A DNA stretch of 64,000 bases from a virus: the IMG/VR virus record IMGVR_UViG_3300022555_000009; one strand, 5' to 3'. The notes beneath the pieces were generated by a model, which did no database searches, was not told the DNA's origin, and was given only the letters and a program-made list of their open reading frames with translations. Below are positions 1-8,668 of the stretch, in pieces; positions within the stretch are counted from its first letter, which is position 1, and every line of letters starts with the position of its first letter. The position numbers and the translations under genes are program-made.

Positions 1-1935
1 ATATTCTCTCTTAATCCTATCACCGGAAACGGCGTGACCGCCCTCGACATAGTTTTCTAGAGAAGTGTATAATGATAATAACTCTTTTGCAGAATGCTCC
101 TTTAAGGACAGAGCTAAATCATACATAGGTATGGATAAAGTTTCCGAGAGGTAAGTCAGTAGCTCATTGCGGATTGCTGTAGATTCCTGCACACCTAAGC
201 CGTCTCTTGTTGCTTCAAACATTTCCATAGCTAATTCTTTATCATCAGCTGTTATACGCTGGAATTCTTCAAAGTTACCATCCATTGCGGCGTTGCGTGC
301 TTTCGTAGCAGAGAATCCGTTGACGTCGTTTGAGTCTGGATCTCTATCTCCGGTTGAAACGACCTGAATGGAATTAAATACGTAATATCCGTGGTTAGAT
401 TGTACATCATTATACTTTTCACATTGTATCTTTAACTGAGCCACAGCATCTACGTCCTGGTAAATGATAAGATCAGTATACTTCTTATTGTAGAACCATA
501 CGAGAGCCTCGAAAATCGTAGTCACTTCAGGGTCTGCTAAGACAGTTACACCTTGAGGAACCATCCTCGATAAGAAATTGACCTTCTGTTCCCAGGATAG
601 GGGATTCTTTTTCTGATCATGAGAGTGGGTAGTCAACACATAAGCATCTGTCTGATACTTCTTAGCTGTTTCGAGAACGATATTGAAAGCCTTCATGTGC
701 CCCTTGGTAGGAGGATTGTAGCGGCCCCAAATAAAGGTAGCTTTCTTCTTAGGCTCATCTTCGACAGCTTCATCTAAGTTTTTTGATATAACCTTTCCAT
801 TAGGCCCATCTATATCAATATCGACTGATTTTCTATCTTTTCCATTGATATTGAATTTCTGAAGCATGTGAGGGTACTTTCCAGGATGAGCTACAGCGTC
901 TAAACAGAACCTAGCTGCCATCTCTAGGCCGGGCTTCAAAGCATCTTTTGCGTTGGGACCTATTTTCGCCCCATATAGAAGGGATTCAACATCCTGCTTA
1001 TCTTTTGGTGTGACTTCGAATATAAAGTCCTTAGGATCAAACCCAATTCCACCCTTGGCCCAGTATGCTTTCGCCACCCCTGGTCCTAATTCTACCCAGA
1101 TCTGATTATAATCAGGTGTCACGTATCCTTTGGTGGCTTCTCGTTTTATATTGTTCATTAGTTCCCCTGGTTCCTCTTCTTGTTCCTTAGGTGCTTCTTC
1201 TGTTGGCACACCCTCTTGTTCCATTTCTACGGGCTCGGTATTCTGCTCAGGTTCTTCTACTTGCTGCTGTTCTATAGGTTGTTCCTGCTCTTGTTCGATT
1301 GGTCGCTCTTCCTCAGGTTCTTCCAAAGGAATATTTTGAGGGACTTTCTTCAGTAGGGATTGCGCAAACTGGTTGAGGTAGAAAGATAGATTTTTAACAA
1401 CTTGATAAGTATGCTTATCAAGTAAAGTACTTCCGTGCCTTGCATTCCACTTTCGCGGAGCTATAGTAGTAGGGAATAAGGATGCGTTTTTCTGAGACAA
1501 GTTATAATTAAATCCCTGATAATGGAATGAAGGGCTGTTGGACCATAGCTTAATGCTGCATTTCTTGAAGGCGTTTACCACACCCTCTTTATTTAGCTCC
1601 CACCCATTATCATTCATCGTTTTCTGCATTGGGAAAAACCCTACCCATACTTCATATAATTCGGAAGGATCATCCTGAAGTTTAAAAGTGGCATTATCCA
1701 CGTCTTTATAGTCATATTCATCCCCATACTTATGTGTGGAGTTAACTAAAATTTTGAATATGGCTAGATCTTGATCTGCGTTGTATATTGAGCTTATGAA
1801 TTTAGAAGATTTGGTCGCCGGTCCTTCTATGGTATATCTCTCATCGGATGCCATTTGTATCGCACCAGATACTGGAGAGCTCGCGATCTGATTGAGGGAC
1901 AGGTCCTCGTAGATTAAATGCATTTTACGTGTCAT
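1..1935 (-). CDS. Large multidomain protein, truncated at the window edge, with a phage cytidylyltransferase-like (HxGH nucleotidyltransferase) domain
   Basis: Not in the ORF track because it has no stop in the window. Manual translation from ATG 1935 is open to base 1: MTRKMHLIYED...KLWSNSPSFHYQGFNY..., an E/Q/P-rich linker, then ATFIWGRYNPPTKGH...SHDQKKNPL...STGDRDPDSNDVNGFSATKARNAA (T4-like phage cytidylyltransferase motifs). ACTAATT lies just upstream. Confidence 0.8.
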   Translation of the reverse strand, partial: MTRKMHLIYEDLSLNQIASSPVSGAIQMASDERYTIEGPATKSSKFISSIYNADQDLAIFKILVNSTHKYGDEYDYKDVDNATFKLQDDPSELYEVWVGFFPMQKTMNDNGWELNKEGVVNAFKKCSIKLWSNSPSFHYQGFNYNLSQKNASLFPTTIAPRKWNARHGSTLLDKHTYQVVKNLSFYLNQFAQSLLKKVPQNIPLEEPEEERPIEQEQEQPIEQQQVEEPEQNTEPVEMEQEGVPTEEAPKEQEEEPGELMNNIKREATKGYVTPDYNQIWVELGPGVAKAYWAKGGIGFDPKDFIFEVTPKDKQDVESLLYGAKIGPNAKDALKPGLEMAARFCLDAVAHPGKYPHMLQKFNINGKDRKSVDIDIDGPNGKVISKNLDEAVEDEPKKKATFIWGRYNPPTKGHMKAFNIVLETAKKYQTDAYVLTTHSHDQKKNPLSWEQKVNFLSRMVPQGVTVLADPEVTTIFEALVWFYNKKYTDLIIYQDVDAVAQLKIQCEKYNDVQSNHGYYVFNSIQVVSTGDRDPDSNDVNGFSATKARNAAMDGNFEEFQRITADDKELAMEMFEATRDGLGVQESTAIRNELLTYLSETLSIPMYDLALSLKEHSAKELLSLYTSLENYVEGGHAVSGDRIKREY

Positions 1936-1951
1936 AGTTAATTAGTAAATT

Positions 1952-1984
1952 AAAAAAGCCCGACATAACATCGGGCTTTGTTTT
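1952..1984 (-). terminator. Intrinsic terminator
   Basis: Stem AAAGCCCGA/TCGGGCTTT with A/T tracts on both sides. Confidence 0.8.
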
Positions 1985-2157
1985 CAATCTTCTACTTTAG
2001 TCTTCTTAGATCTAAACGTTGTCTTTTTAATTTCTTTTTCGCTGCTCCACGAGTCATCTTCTTGCTTGTTCGCTAGCTCTTTTTTTAGCTTAGCTATCTT
2101 GTCTTTCCATTCTTGACTCTCTGGATCCATTTTTATTATGATAGTCTTATCACTCAT
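1984..2157 (-). CDS. Small hypothetical protein (57 aa)
   Basis: Manual ORF MSDKTIIIKMDPESQEWKDKIAKLKKEL...; SD AAGGAG 7 nt upstream. Confidence 0.7.
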   Translation of the reverse strand: MSDKTIIIKMDPESQEWKDKIAKLKKELANKQEDDSWSSEKEIKKTTFRSKKTKVED

Positions 2158-2182
2158 GTGTGAACTCCTTAAGTCGGATCAA

Positions 2183-2779
2183 TTAACCTGGTAGATTTCT
2201 CATTTGTAAAAGTGCCCAGCGCTTCCATTCTGGATTGCCTGAGGCATATACTGAACATAGTGTCTTATATAACCTAAAGGATACGCGAGGAGCGTACTTC
2301 AAATAACTTCTTAAGAATTTTAAAACTTCTTTCTTTTGTGTCATTGTAAGACTAGGCACCAGGTCAGCAAGCTGCGTCTCTATGAGGTCGGTGGCTTGCT
2401 CCTTTGTGTAGACGTATCGGATACAAGTTACACGGTCAGCTAAGGCCGTAGGAACATCCATATAGTTAGAGATAAAGATCATAAAAGATTCAAAGTAGAA
2501 CTCTACTGGAATCTCGTCATCCTCTTCAGTATCCAGATCGCTCATACCCTCGTCTTCGAATTCGCCACCACCACTAAACATATCTTCGTCATCTGGAGTT
2601 ATGGTCGCCTTCTTTTTCGGAGCTTCTATCATTCTAGATATAGAATTGCTTGGATCATGCTCTGGAAAAATCTTTTCATAGATCCGAGAAGGAACTATCT
2701 CGGATCCTGCATACTGCTCGTTTAAGTAGATATCGACGCCCCGGACATTGGCGTTTTTAATTAGGTTTACTTTCATCAT
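2183..2779 (-). CDS. C-terminal half of a phage AAA+ ATPase (sensor-1, Arg finger, lid)
   Basis: IPVEFYFESFMIFISN (sensor-1 strand), ALADR (Arg finger), helical lid ending SFRLY...W; acidic linker N-terminal to these. Confidence 0.6.
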   Translation of the reverse strand: MMKVNLIKNANVRGVDIYLNEQYAGSEIVPSRIYEKIFPEHDPSNSISRMIEAPKKKATITPDDEDMFSGGGEFEDEGMSDLDTEEDDEIPVEFYFESFMIFISNYMDVPTALADRVTCIRYVYTKEQATDLIETQLADLVPSLTMTQKKEVLKFLRSYLKYAPRVSFRLYKTLCSVYASGNPEWKRWALLQMRNLPG

Positions 2780-2796
2780 TTTAATTCAGTTCCTTT

Positions 2797-3867
2797 TTAG
2801 TGTCGTCTCATCTTGGTGTAAGATATTCGTCTGTCTTCTTTATCCGATTGAAGAGCTCCCTTGAGCATATTAGCCGCAGTCTGAACTTTCAATATAGCGT
2901 CATTATCATCCAGGATAACACAATAACCTTTTCTATAATCCCAAAGGATCTGCAATAAGCCAGTAAATCCAGCTATTCCTCCGGACTTATATACCGCCGG
3001 GCTATCTGTGCCATTGGAAGAACCCCATATACCTTCTCTTTTGAATACTTTTTTGACTGTGAAAGTCTTTCCAAGTCCAGGGTTACCATATACGAATAAT
3101 CCCTTTGGGACGTCTTCAAGCTGGGCACCTTGTATCTCACCTTTAATAGCTTTGGACATCCTAGTTAATTCATAATTATAGATATCCATATTATGCTTTG
3201 CTTCATCAGCGAAAACGGACTGTGCAAATAAATCTTCTTCCGATGGAGTTGTTACTTGCTGCGATGGACTAGATCCACCTCTAGTGACTTGGGCGCTACC
3301 TTCACCGTTACTCGATAGCCAGGCTTTTGCGTGTGTATTGAAAGCCATGCTGCTGATTTTTTTCTTGTCATTAATATCTGCCCATGCAAGATAAGACCGA
3401 TAGAGGTGTGCCATTTTTTTGCCATAGGCTTCATTACCTAAGGAGCTCAAAAACTCACCTACGTCGTCTTTTATCGACTCGCGAAGCGGGATAGTATGGA
3501 GAATATATTGCTCTTCTTGTACCTGAGCTACATAATTTTCTCCCGCGCCTTTCATAACTTCAGCTATCATATCCAGTTGATCCTGGGGATCAGTTGCGGA
3601 TAGGTCAATTCTAAAACCAGGTTTATCTAAGTCTCCGGGCTTAACCCACACAGAAACACCTACGATGTCGCCGTCAGAATTCAACTCCACTCGTATGGCC
3701 TGGGTGCCAGTATACCCGTAGTAGGAATCCTTTATACCTGTTCTATCCTTTATCTGGATAGCCACTGGTGAAAAGGATATCTCAGCACCCAGAGCTTGAG
3801 ATAACATTTGTATAAATGATTGAGCAGTCTGCGCAAATCGGTCACCCATTTCCTGAAGTTTTTTCAT
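2797..3867 (-). CDS. N-terminal half of a phage AAA+ ATPase (Walker A/B)
   Basis: GNPGLGKT (Walker A), VILDDND (Walker B), NMLKGAL...RRISY; ends before sensor-1. Confidence 0.75.
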   Translation of the reverse strand: MKKLQEMGDRFAQTAQSFIQMLSQALGAEISFSPVAIQIKDRTGIKDSYYGYTGTQAIRVELNSDGDIVGVSVWVKPGDLDKPGFRIDLSATDPQDQLDMIAEVMKGAGENYVAQVQEEQYILHTIPLRESIKDDVGEFLSSLGNEAYGKKMAHLYRSYLAWADINDKKKISSMAFNTHAKAWLSSNGEGSAQVTRGGSSPSQQVTTPSEEDLFAQSVFADEAKHNMDIYNYELTRMSKAIKGEIQGAQLEDVPKGLFVYGNPGLGKTFTVKKVFKREGIWGSSNGTDSPAVYKSGGIAGFTGLLQILWDYRKGYCVILDDNDAILKVQTAANMLKGALQSDKEDRRISYTKMRRH

Positions 3868-3891
3868 ATATCATCCTTCTATTTTAATTAG

Positions 3892-4626
3892 TTAGGCGAC
3901 GTTGGCCAGTCTATTTCTCAGCTCTAAAAGAGATAAGTTCAGTATAGATTCCTCTTCCTCCTTCAGAGAGTTCACGTAAATCTTGTAGGTGCTACTTTTC
4001 CGGATAAATTGCAGCACCCCTATTACCACTTTCATCGCTGTTTTTAACGAAGACGTAGCGAAGACATCCTGAGTTACAGTTAGAGCAGATCTGATAGCGT
4101 CGTGTTCTTTGTTGAATAAGTAGTTTGCGGGATCCTCGACAGTCTTATCGTCTCCTGGCCTAAACATATACGTAAAGTTTAAGGTTTCAGCTAGGTCACC
4201 AAGCTCTATACTATTTGACTTAGTCTCTATGATGCTGTTTAAAGAAGCTACTCTATCCTCTTTCTGAAGCTTGTCGTTATACAAAGTTTCTTTAATCTTA
4301 AAGTAAAGATATCCCGCAAAAGATCTATCAATAAGAAAGCCAGGCCTATTGTACTGAGTCATTAATTTTATAGTAGAATCCACAGCTGCAGCGTCTACTA
4401 TATCTGGTGGCAAAAATATCTTTCCTTTCGTTTGTTTCAGTATAAGTGATCTTGCGTAGGGGACCATTTTTTGAAACATTTCTTTATAAAAAGGGCTTTT
4501 ATCATAATTTACAATTCTTTGATCTCCCTCAACTGTTTCAATTTTACATTCTCTCGTCGTTAAGTACTTTTCCTGTAACTCTGATAAACACACTTCAGTC
4601 ACAGGTTTGATTGCATATCTTGCCAT
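3892..4626 (-). CDS. Divergent sigma-factor-like protein (candidate late sigma)
   Basis: Region-2-like pattern MVPYARSLI...DAAAVDSTIKLM...SFAGYLYFKIK...SLN; no clear region 4. Confidence 0.4.
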   Translation of the reverse strand: MARYAIKPVTEVCLSELQEKYLTTRECKIETVEGDQRIVNYDKSPFYKEMFQKMVPYARSLILKQTKGKIFLPPDIVDAAAVDSTIKLMTQYNRPGFLIDRSFAGYLYFKIKETLYNDKLQKEDRVASLNSIIETKSNSIELGDLAETLNFTYMFRPGDDKTVEDPANYLFNKEHDAIRSALTVTQDVFATSSLKTAMKVVIGVLQFIRKSSTYKIYVNSLKEEEESILNLSLLELRNRLANVA

Positions 4627-4638
4627 TCGCGTTTCTCC

Positions 4639-4671
4639 AAAAAATAAAGGGAACCAGAAACGGTTCCCTTT
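4639..4671 (-). terminator. Intrinsic terminator/hairpin
   Basis: AAAGGGAACC/GGTTCCCTTT stem followed by a T-rich tract on the minus strand. Confidence 0.7.
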
Positions 4672-4698
4672 TAATATAGTATCTCTTTTGAATATTAT

Positions 4699-5886
4699 TT
4701 ATCCAACGAGTTTTGCTAGATAGATTTCGAGATTACCAGCCTTAATATGAATTGCTTTCTTATCCATATCTGCTCTCAACTCCGCGGTTGTCTCCTTCTT
4801 TATCTTCCCTAAGAATTGCTTCAAAGAAGAATTAATAACGGTAACTTCGAAGTTATCAGAGTCCATTATCACAGATAACTCCCTATCAATTGAGCAAGAG
4901 CCTCCTCTCACACCAGAATCCTTTAAAAGAACTTTTAGTGTCTCCTTGTTACTCTTGTCGTATGCTAGAATAATAGGATCTAAATCTAAGGAAGAAGAAT
5001 AGAACCCGCTGAAGAAATTACTCGTGTCTCTCAGCGCGTTTACATTTATATCACATATCTTTTTCTTAGGGTATATAGCTTTGAGGTCATCTTCTGCAGG
5101 CGGCGCCACATTAGACATTGCGTTATTAAAAACACATTTCATTACGCTAGTTTCCAGGTAGGCTTTATTTCTATTTTCAAACACTATGAAATTTACCACT
5201 AAGCCACTTGAGAAGGCCTGCACAAAAACCCTCGCGATCTTTTTATGCAGAGGAATGTACTCCTTTTTAAGGACTCCTGTCTCCAAGCCCCCATAAATGT
5301 ATACGTGGGTTCTGTCATTAACAATAATCTTATCTCCGTATATACTAAGAGCATTATTCTTCTTTTCGTCAGAAGATATAAAAGGGAGGCAGGAACCAAT
5401 AGCCTCCCCGAACTCAGCCGAATTCTTTATGCTCACTAGGGACAGATCATAATTTTTGACTTTCATACTGTCTACTAACTGATCATGCAACTCTGAGATT
5501 TCAAAGAGTTGGCTGTCCTCCATAAGAATATGGGGGAGTGAAAGTTTATCCTTACCTACCTTAATATCGAAAGTCGAGTTGTCTCCATCTTGAGTTACTG
5601 CAATAGTCATTAGAGCGAGGTCATCGACTAGATAGCTATGCAGAATGTAAAAGAACTTTTGAGACTCGAGACGAATTCCTACGGGAGTCTTAAAGTCCTC
5701 AACCTCGCAGGGAATATCAAGTTCCACATATGCAGTCGAGTCCTTAACGACTAAGGTAACTGTCTTCTCATTTTGAATCCACAGGTTTAAGTTGAGAATA
5801 TCTGCTGCGTCGAATTCGAACCCACTTAGGATTTTTTCGTGATCAAACAGACCTTTAAAATCTATATTCTTTATCCTTAGGTTCAT
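4699..5886 (-). CDS. DNA polymerase sliding clamp (DnaN/beta-like)
   Basis: 395 aa with repeated alpha/beta pattern; N-terminal 'VTLVVKD..YVELDIPCEV...IRLESQKFFYIL' and C-terminal 'FEVTVINSSLKQFL...ELR...AIHI...IYLAKL' resemble the beta-clamp; replication context. Confidence 0.55.
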   Translation of the reverse strand: MNLRIKNIDFKGLFDHEKILSGFEFDAADILNLNLWIQNEKTVTLVVKDSTAYVELDIPCEVEDFKTPVGIRLESQKFFYILHSYLVDDLALMTIAVTQDGDNSTFDIKVGKDKLSLPHILMEDSQLFEISELHDQLVDSMKVKNYDLSLVSIKNSAEFGEAIGSCLPFISSDEKKNNALSIYGDKIIVNDRTHVYIYGGLETGVLKKEYIPLHKKIARVFVQAFSSGLVVNFIVFENRNKAYLETSVMKCVFNNAMSNVAPPAEDDLKAIYPKKKICDINVNALRDTSNFFSGFYSSSLDLDPIILAYDKSNKETLKVLLKDSGVRGGSCSIDRELSVIMDSDNFEVTVINSSLKQFLGKIKKETTAELRADMDKKAIHIKAGNLEIYLAKLVG

Positions 5887-5989
5887 TTGTGCTCCTTCAT
5901 TAAATGAATATATGAGTTAATACCGTTTTTTATTGCCACGACTCCTAGGACCTATCTTATATTATTTGTGAACTATAAAAGGGGAATAC

Positions 5990-6601
5990 ATGCTAGAATA
6001 TGATGTCGTGATGAAGTGCAAAGAAGGTCATAAGCCCTCTCTTCAGGCCCTATATTTTAAGTACATACCATTTATCAACAAACACTACTACAAGATGCAG
6101 AAGCAATTCTACTTCAAAATTCCCATGGAGCGAGAGGACTTCGAGGTCGAGGGGTATGCAGCTTTGGTCAAGGCTATCGAGTATGTGGACCCTGATAAGA
6201 TTACCGATAAGGAGAAGTGGCTTTTTATCGGTGTGTTCGGTTACTACCTTAACATGCTACGTAAGTCCTGTGTCATGTCATATATGCATCAGCAGGCAAA
6301 TGAAACTCCTCTTTATGTCAAGTCCAGGAGCAGCAGCGACGAGTACTGTGTAGCAGATAATTACGCGGAAAATGAAAGTCGAGATATGACCAGGGGCATT
6401 GAGGAGGAGACTTTCATAGATCAGTTTAGATCTAATCTGAATGACTTTGAGAGACTAATTCTTAGTAAGCGTTTGGAAATTAGGGAAGAGGGCAAGCCTC
6501 GATCACTGCAGTCTATAGCTGGTGAGCTCGGGTGCTCTTTTTCTAAAATTCAGTCCGCAAATAAAAGAATCGAGACTATCTATAGAACTATGAGGGAATA
6601 A
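5990..6601 (+). CDS. Sigma-70 family RNA polymerase sigma factor
   Basis: Region 2 (LYFKYIPFI...EREDFEVEGYAALVKAIE..DP) and region 4 HTH (LNDFERLIL...RSLQSIAGELGCSFSKIQ). Confidence 0.8.
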   Translation: MLEYDVVMKCKEGHKPSLQALYFKYIPFINKHYYKMQKQFYFKIPMEREDFEVEGYAALVKAIEYVDPDKITDKEKWLFIGVFGYYLNMLRKSCVMSYMHQQANETPLYVKSRSSSDEYCVADNYAENESRDMTRGIEEETFIDQFRSNLNDFERLILSKRLEIREEGKPRSLQSIAGELGCSFSKIQSANKRIETIYRTMRE

Positions 6602-7261
6602 ATGGAATGGGCGAAGAAAGTAAACCAGCTACTGGAGAAAAGATCAAAGGGATTCTTAAGATCGCAAAAACCGCCGCTGACTTCATTGGTAAGATCAAAG
6701 AATTGCCTCGTATTATTCATGCTATTATTCTTGCCGTTGCTTGCTTGGGCGCAGGCGGTGCCAGTGCCGTCTACGTTACCGAAAGAAGTGCTGATACAGA
6801 AGTTAAACGAATGCAATCAACAATTGCAAGTCTCGATAAGTCAATTGCAGACCTCCAAGCAAACAATCGACAGCTTATTGCTGACAAAGACGGACTTGTT
6901 GCAACAAATAAGTCTCTTGCAACAGAATCAGATAAACAAAGACAAACAATTACAACTCTTACAACAGAGCTTGGACAGCAGCACGGCATTATTGACCTCC
7001 TTACAGCAGAGTCAAAACGAAACCAACAAATTATTAGCGACCTTGCAGCAGCAGGAAGACAGTTTGACGAAGGACTTGGATCAGCAGGTACTGATATACA
7101 ATCAACTATTAAAAGACTCCAACTTACTCAAAGTACAATTGCAAAGCTTATCGCTCAAATTAACAGCTCTCGAATTCAGTAATAAAGTAAAAGATTATGT
7201 TCTTGTGGGTAGTGGCGTTGCTATAGTACTAGAGACCGTATATATTATACTTAGGAAGTGA
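6602..7261 (+). CDS. Signal-peptide/coiled-coil/C-terminal TM protein (spanin-like); fully overlaps the next ORF
   Basis: Hydrophobic LVLFMLLFLPLLAWA-QA (SPase I-like site), long Q/L heptad coil, C-terminal TM YVLVGSGVAIVLETVYIIL-RK. Confidence 0.6.
   Translation: MEWAKKVNQLLEKRSKGFLRSQKPPLTSLVRSKNCLVLFMLLFLPLLAWAQAVPVPSTLPKEVLIQKLNECNQQLQVSISQLQTSKQTIDSLLLTKTDLLQQISLLQQNQINKDKQLQLLQQSLDSSTALLTSLQQSQNETNKLLATLQQQEDSLTKDLDQQVLIYNQLLKDSNLLKVQLQSLSLKLTALEFSNKVKDYVLVGSGVAIVLETVYIILRK
6607..7182 (+). CDS. N-terminal membrane anchor plus coiled-coil protein (i-spanin-like), nested in an alternate frame
   Basis: IIHAIILAVACLGAGGASAVYV anchor followed by ~130 aa heptad coil; SD GAGGGA 9 nt upstream. 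Confidence 0.6.
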   Translation: MGEESKPATGEKIKGILKIAKTAADFIGKIKELPRIIHAIILAVACLGAGGASAVYVTERSADTEVKRMQSTIASLDKSIADLQANNRQLIADKDGLVATNKSLATESDKQRQTITTLTTELGQQHGIIDLLTAESKRNQQIISDLAAAGRQFDEGLGSAGTDIQSTIKRLQLTQSTIAKLIAQINSSRIQ

Positions 7262-7327
7262 ACTACCCTGAAACTAAAAAAGATTTCGAGGTTTTCTTGC
7301 GATGAAAAGTATAAATAGGAGAATACA

Positions 7328-7507
7328 ATGGATGCAGTTTCTAGTTTTAAAATGTGGATTGCTGAACAATTAGAGGAAGGCTCCCTTGTCACTTCCTGGG
7401 ATGAAAGCTTAATGGGCCTTGGCGAGGAGTATATGGTTGATGAAAGTGAAATGGATGCCGTGATACAATTCGCCGCTAGGTTGGCTCAGAGTCTTCGGCG
7501 AAAGTAA
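7328..7507 (+). CDS. Small acidic hypothetical protein (59 aa)
   Basis: Manual ORF MDAVSSFKMWIAEQLEEG...; SD AGGAG; stop sits 1 nt before the next gene. Confidence 0.65.
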   Translation: MDAVSSFKMWIAEQLEEGSLVTSWDESLMGLGEEYMVDESEMDAVIQFAARLAQSLRRK

Positions 7508-7508
7508 G

Positions 7509-8054
7509 ATGACTATTCTAATCGAAGGTGTTCCAGAGGATGCTCTAGTAACAGCTACCAGGGCTCACTCTGGACAATTTAGAAGAGGAGGCGCTCCTTA
7601 CATATCTCACCCCGCACGAGTTGCTCAGCATGTACAACGTGTGAAAGGCGACTCTCATAAAGCTGATGACTTAATAGCTGCGGCCTATCTTCACGACACC
7701 CTCGAAGATACAGATATGACCGAAAAGCAGATTCTCGATCAATTTGGTCCTAACGTCCTTAATCTCGTATTTGAATTGACTTCCGATGAGGAAGAGCTGA
7801 AACGGCTAGGTAAAACTGCATATTTACAAAAGAAGTTTTCGGGTATCAGTAGCTGGGCTTTAGTTATCAAATTGAGTGATCGCTTAGATAATGTGTCGGA
7901 TCTTCTTGACGCTGATTACGACTGGGCTCTGAAGTATGCCAAGCAAACCCAAGACATACTAATTTACTTGATCGAGCATAGAAAACTAACGAGCACACAA
8001 AAAAGATTAGTAGGAGAGATACAGGAGATTTTAGACGAATTTTATAAGAAATAA
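7509..8054 (+). CDS. Stand-alone RelA/SpoT-type HD hydrolase (small alarmone hydrolase, Mesh1-like)
   Basis: AHSGQFR..G.PYISHP, AAYLHDTLEDT, ELT, IKLSDRLDN motifs. Confidence 0.9.
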   Translation: MTILIEGVPEDALVTATRAHSGQFRRGGAPYISHPARVAQHVQRVKGDSHKADDLIAAAYLHDTLEDTDMTEKQILDQFGPNVLNLVFELTSDEEELKRLGKTAYLQKKFSGISSWALVIKLSDRLDNVSDLLDADYDWALKYAKQTQDILIYLIEHRKLTSTQKRLVGEIQEILDEFYKK

Positions 8055-8153
8055 TCAACACACTAATTATCTATAATGAAGTAAATAACGCGTTCCGTAT
8101 GGAAGCGTAGATGTATTTCAGGCCGTATAAAAGGCCACGTAAAGGAGAAGGTC

Positions 8154-8630
8154 ATGACGACTTCAAGAGGTTTCAGGGTGCGTGGAGATGACATTTTATT
8201 TCCATTGCAGGAGGTTGCAGAGACAATGAGCGGATGGTTCGATTTGCTTAGTGGTTGGGAGGCGCCGGTTTCCAAGCTTCCTCATTCCTTGGCTACAGGA
8301 TCTTCGTTCCCGCCTTGCAACTGGTATTCAGATGAACAAAATAATCTATATTATGAGTTCGCTGTGGCAGGCTTCAGTAAGGATGAAATCAATCTTTCGT
8401 TAAACGACGATCTGTTGATTCTAACAATCATTCCACTACCTGCAAAAGAAAAGGACACTAGAAAGCAACTACAGAAAGGCATCAAGCGATGTGAGTCTGT
8501 GAGCCAGTACAGAATTCCACTATCTAAGTACAATCTACAGAAGGTAGAATCAAAGCTAGAAAACGGAATTTTGTCCGTTATGATTCCTGCAAAGGAAGAC
8601 ACAAAGCCGATTAAAATAAATATCGGTTAA
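8154..8630 (+). CDS. Small heat-shock protein (Hsp20)
   Basis: FPPCN...EFAVAGFSKDEI...KGI...LENGILSVMIP...KPIKINI. Confidence 0.9.
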   Translation: MTTSRGFRVRGDDILFPLQEVAETMSGWFDLLSGWEAPVSKLPHSLATGSSFPPCNWYSDEQNNLYYEFAVAGFSKDEINLSLNDDLLILTIIPLPAKEKDTRKQLQKGIKRCESVSQYRIPLSKYNLQKVESKLENGILSVMIPAKEDTKPIKINIG

Positions 8631-8634
8631 AAAG

Positions 8635-8666
8635 AAAGCCACTCTGAAAAGAGTGGCTTTTATTTT
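8635..8666. terminator. Bidirectional intrinsic terminator
   Basis: AAAGCCACTCT-GAAA-AGAGTGGCTTT between convergent genes. Confidence 0.9.
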
Positions 8667-8668
8667 GC

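Noticed and set aside
7310-7317. T4 late promoter TATAAATA
   Set aside because: Isolated occurrence in AT-rich DNA; structural genes use ACTAATT instead.
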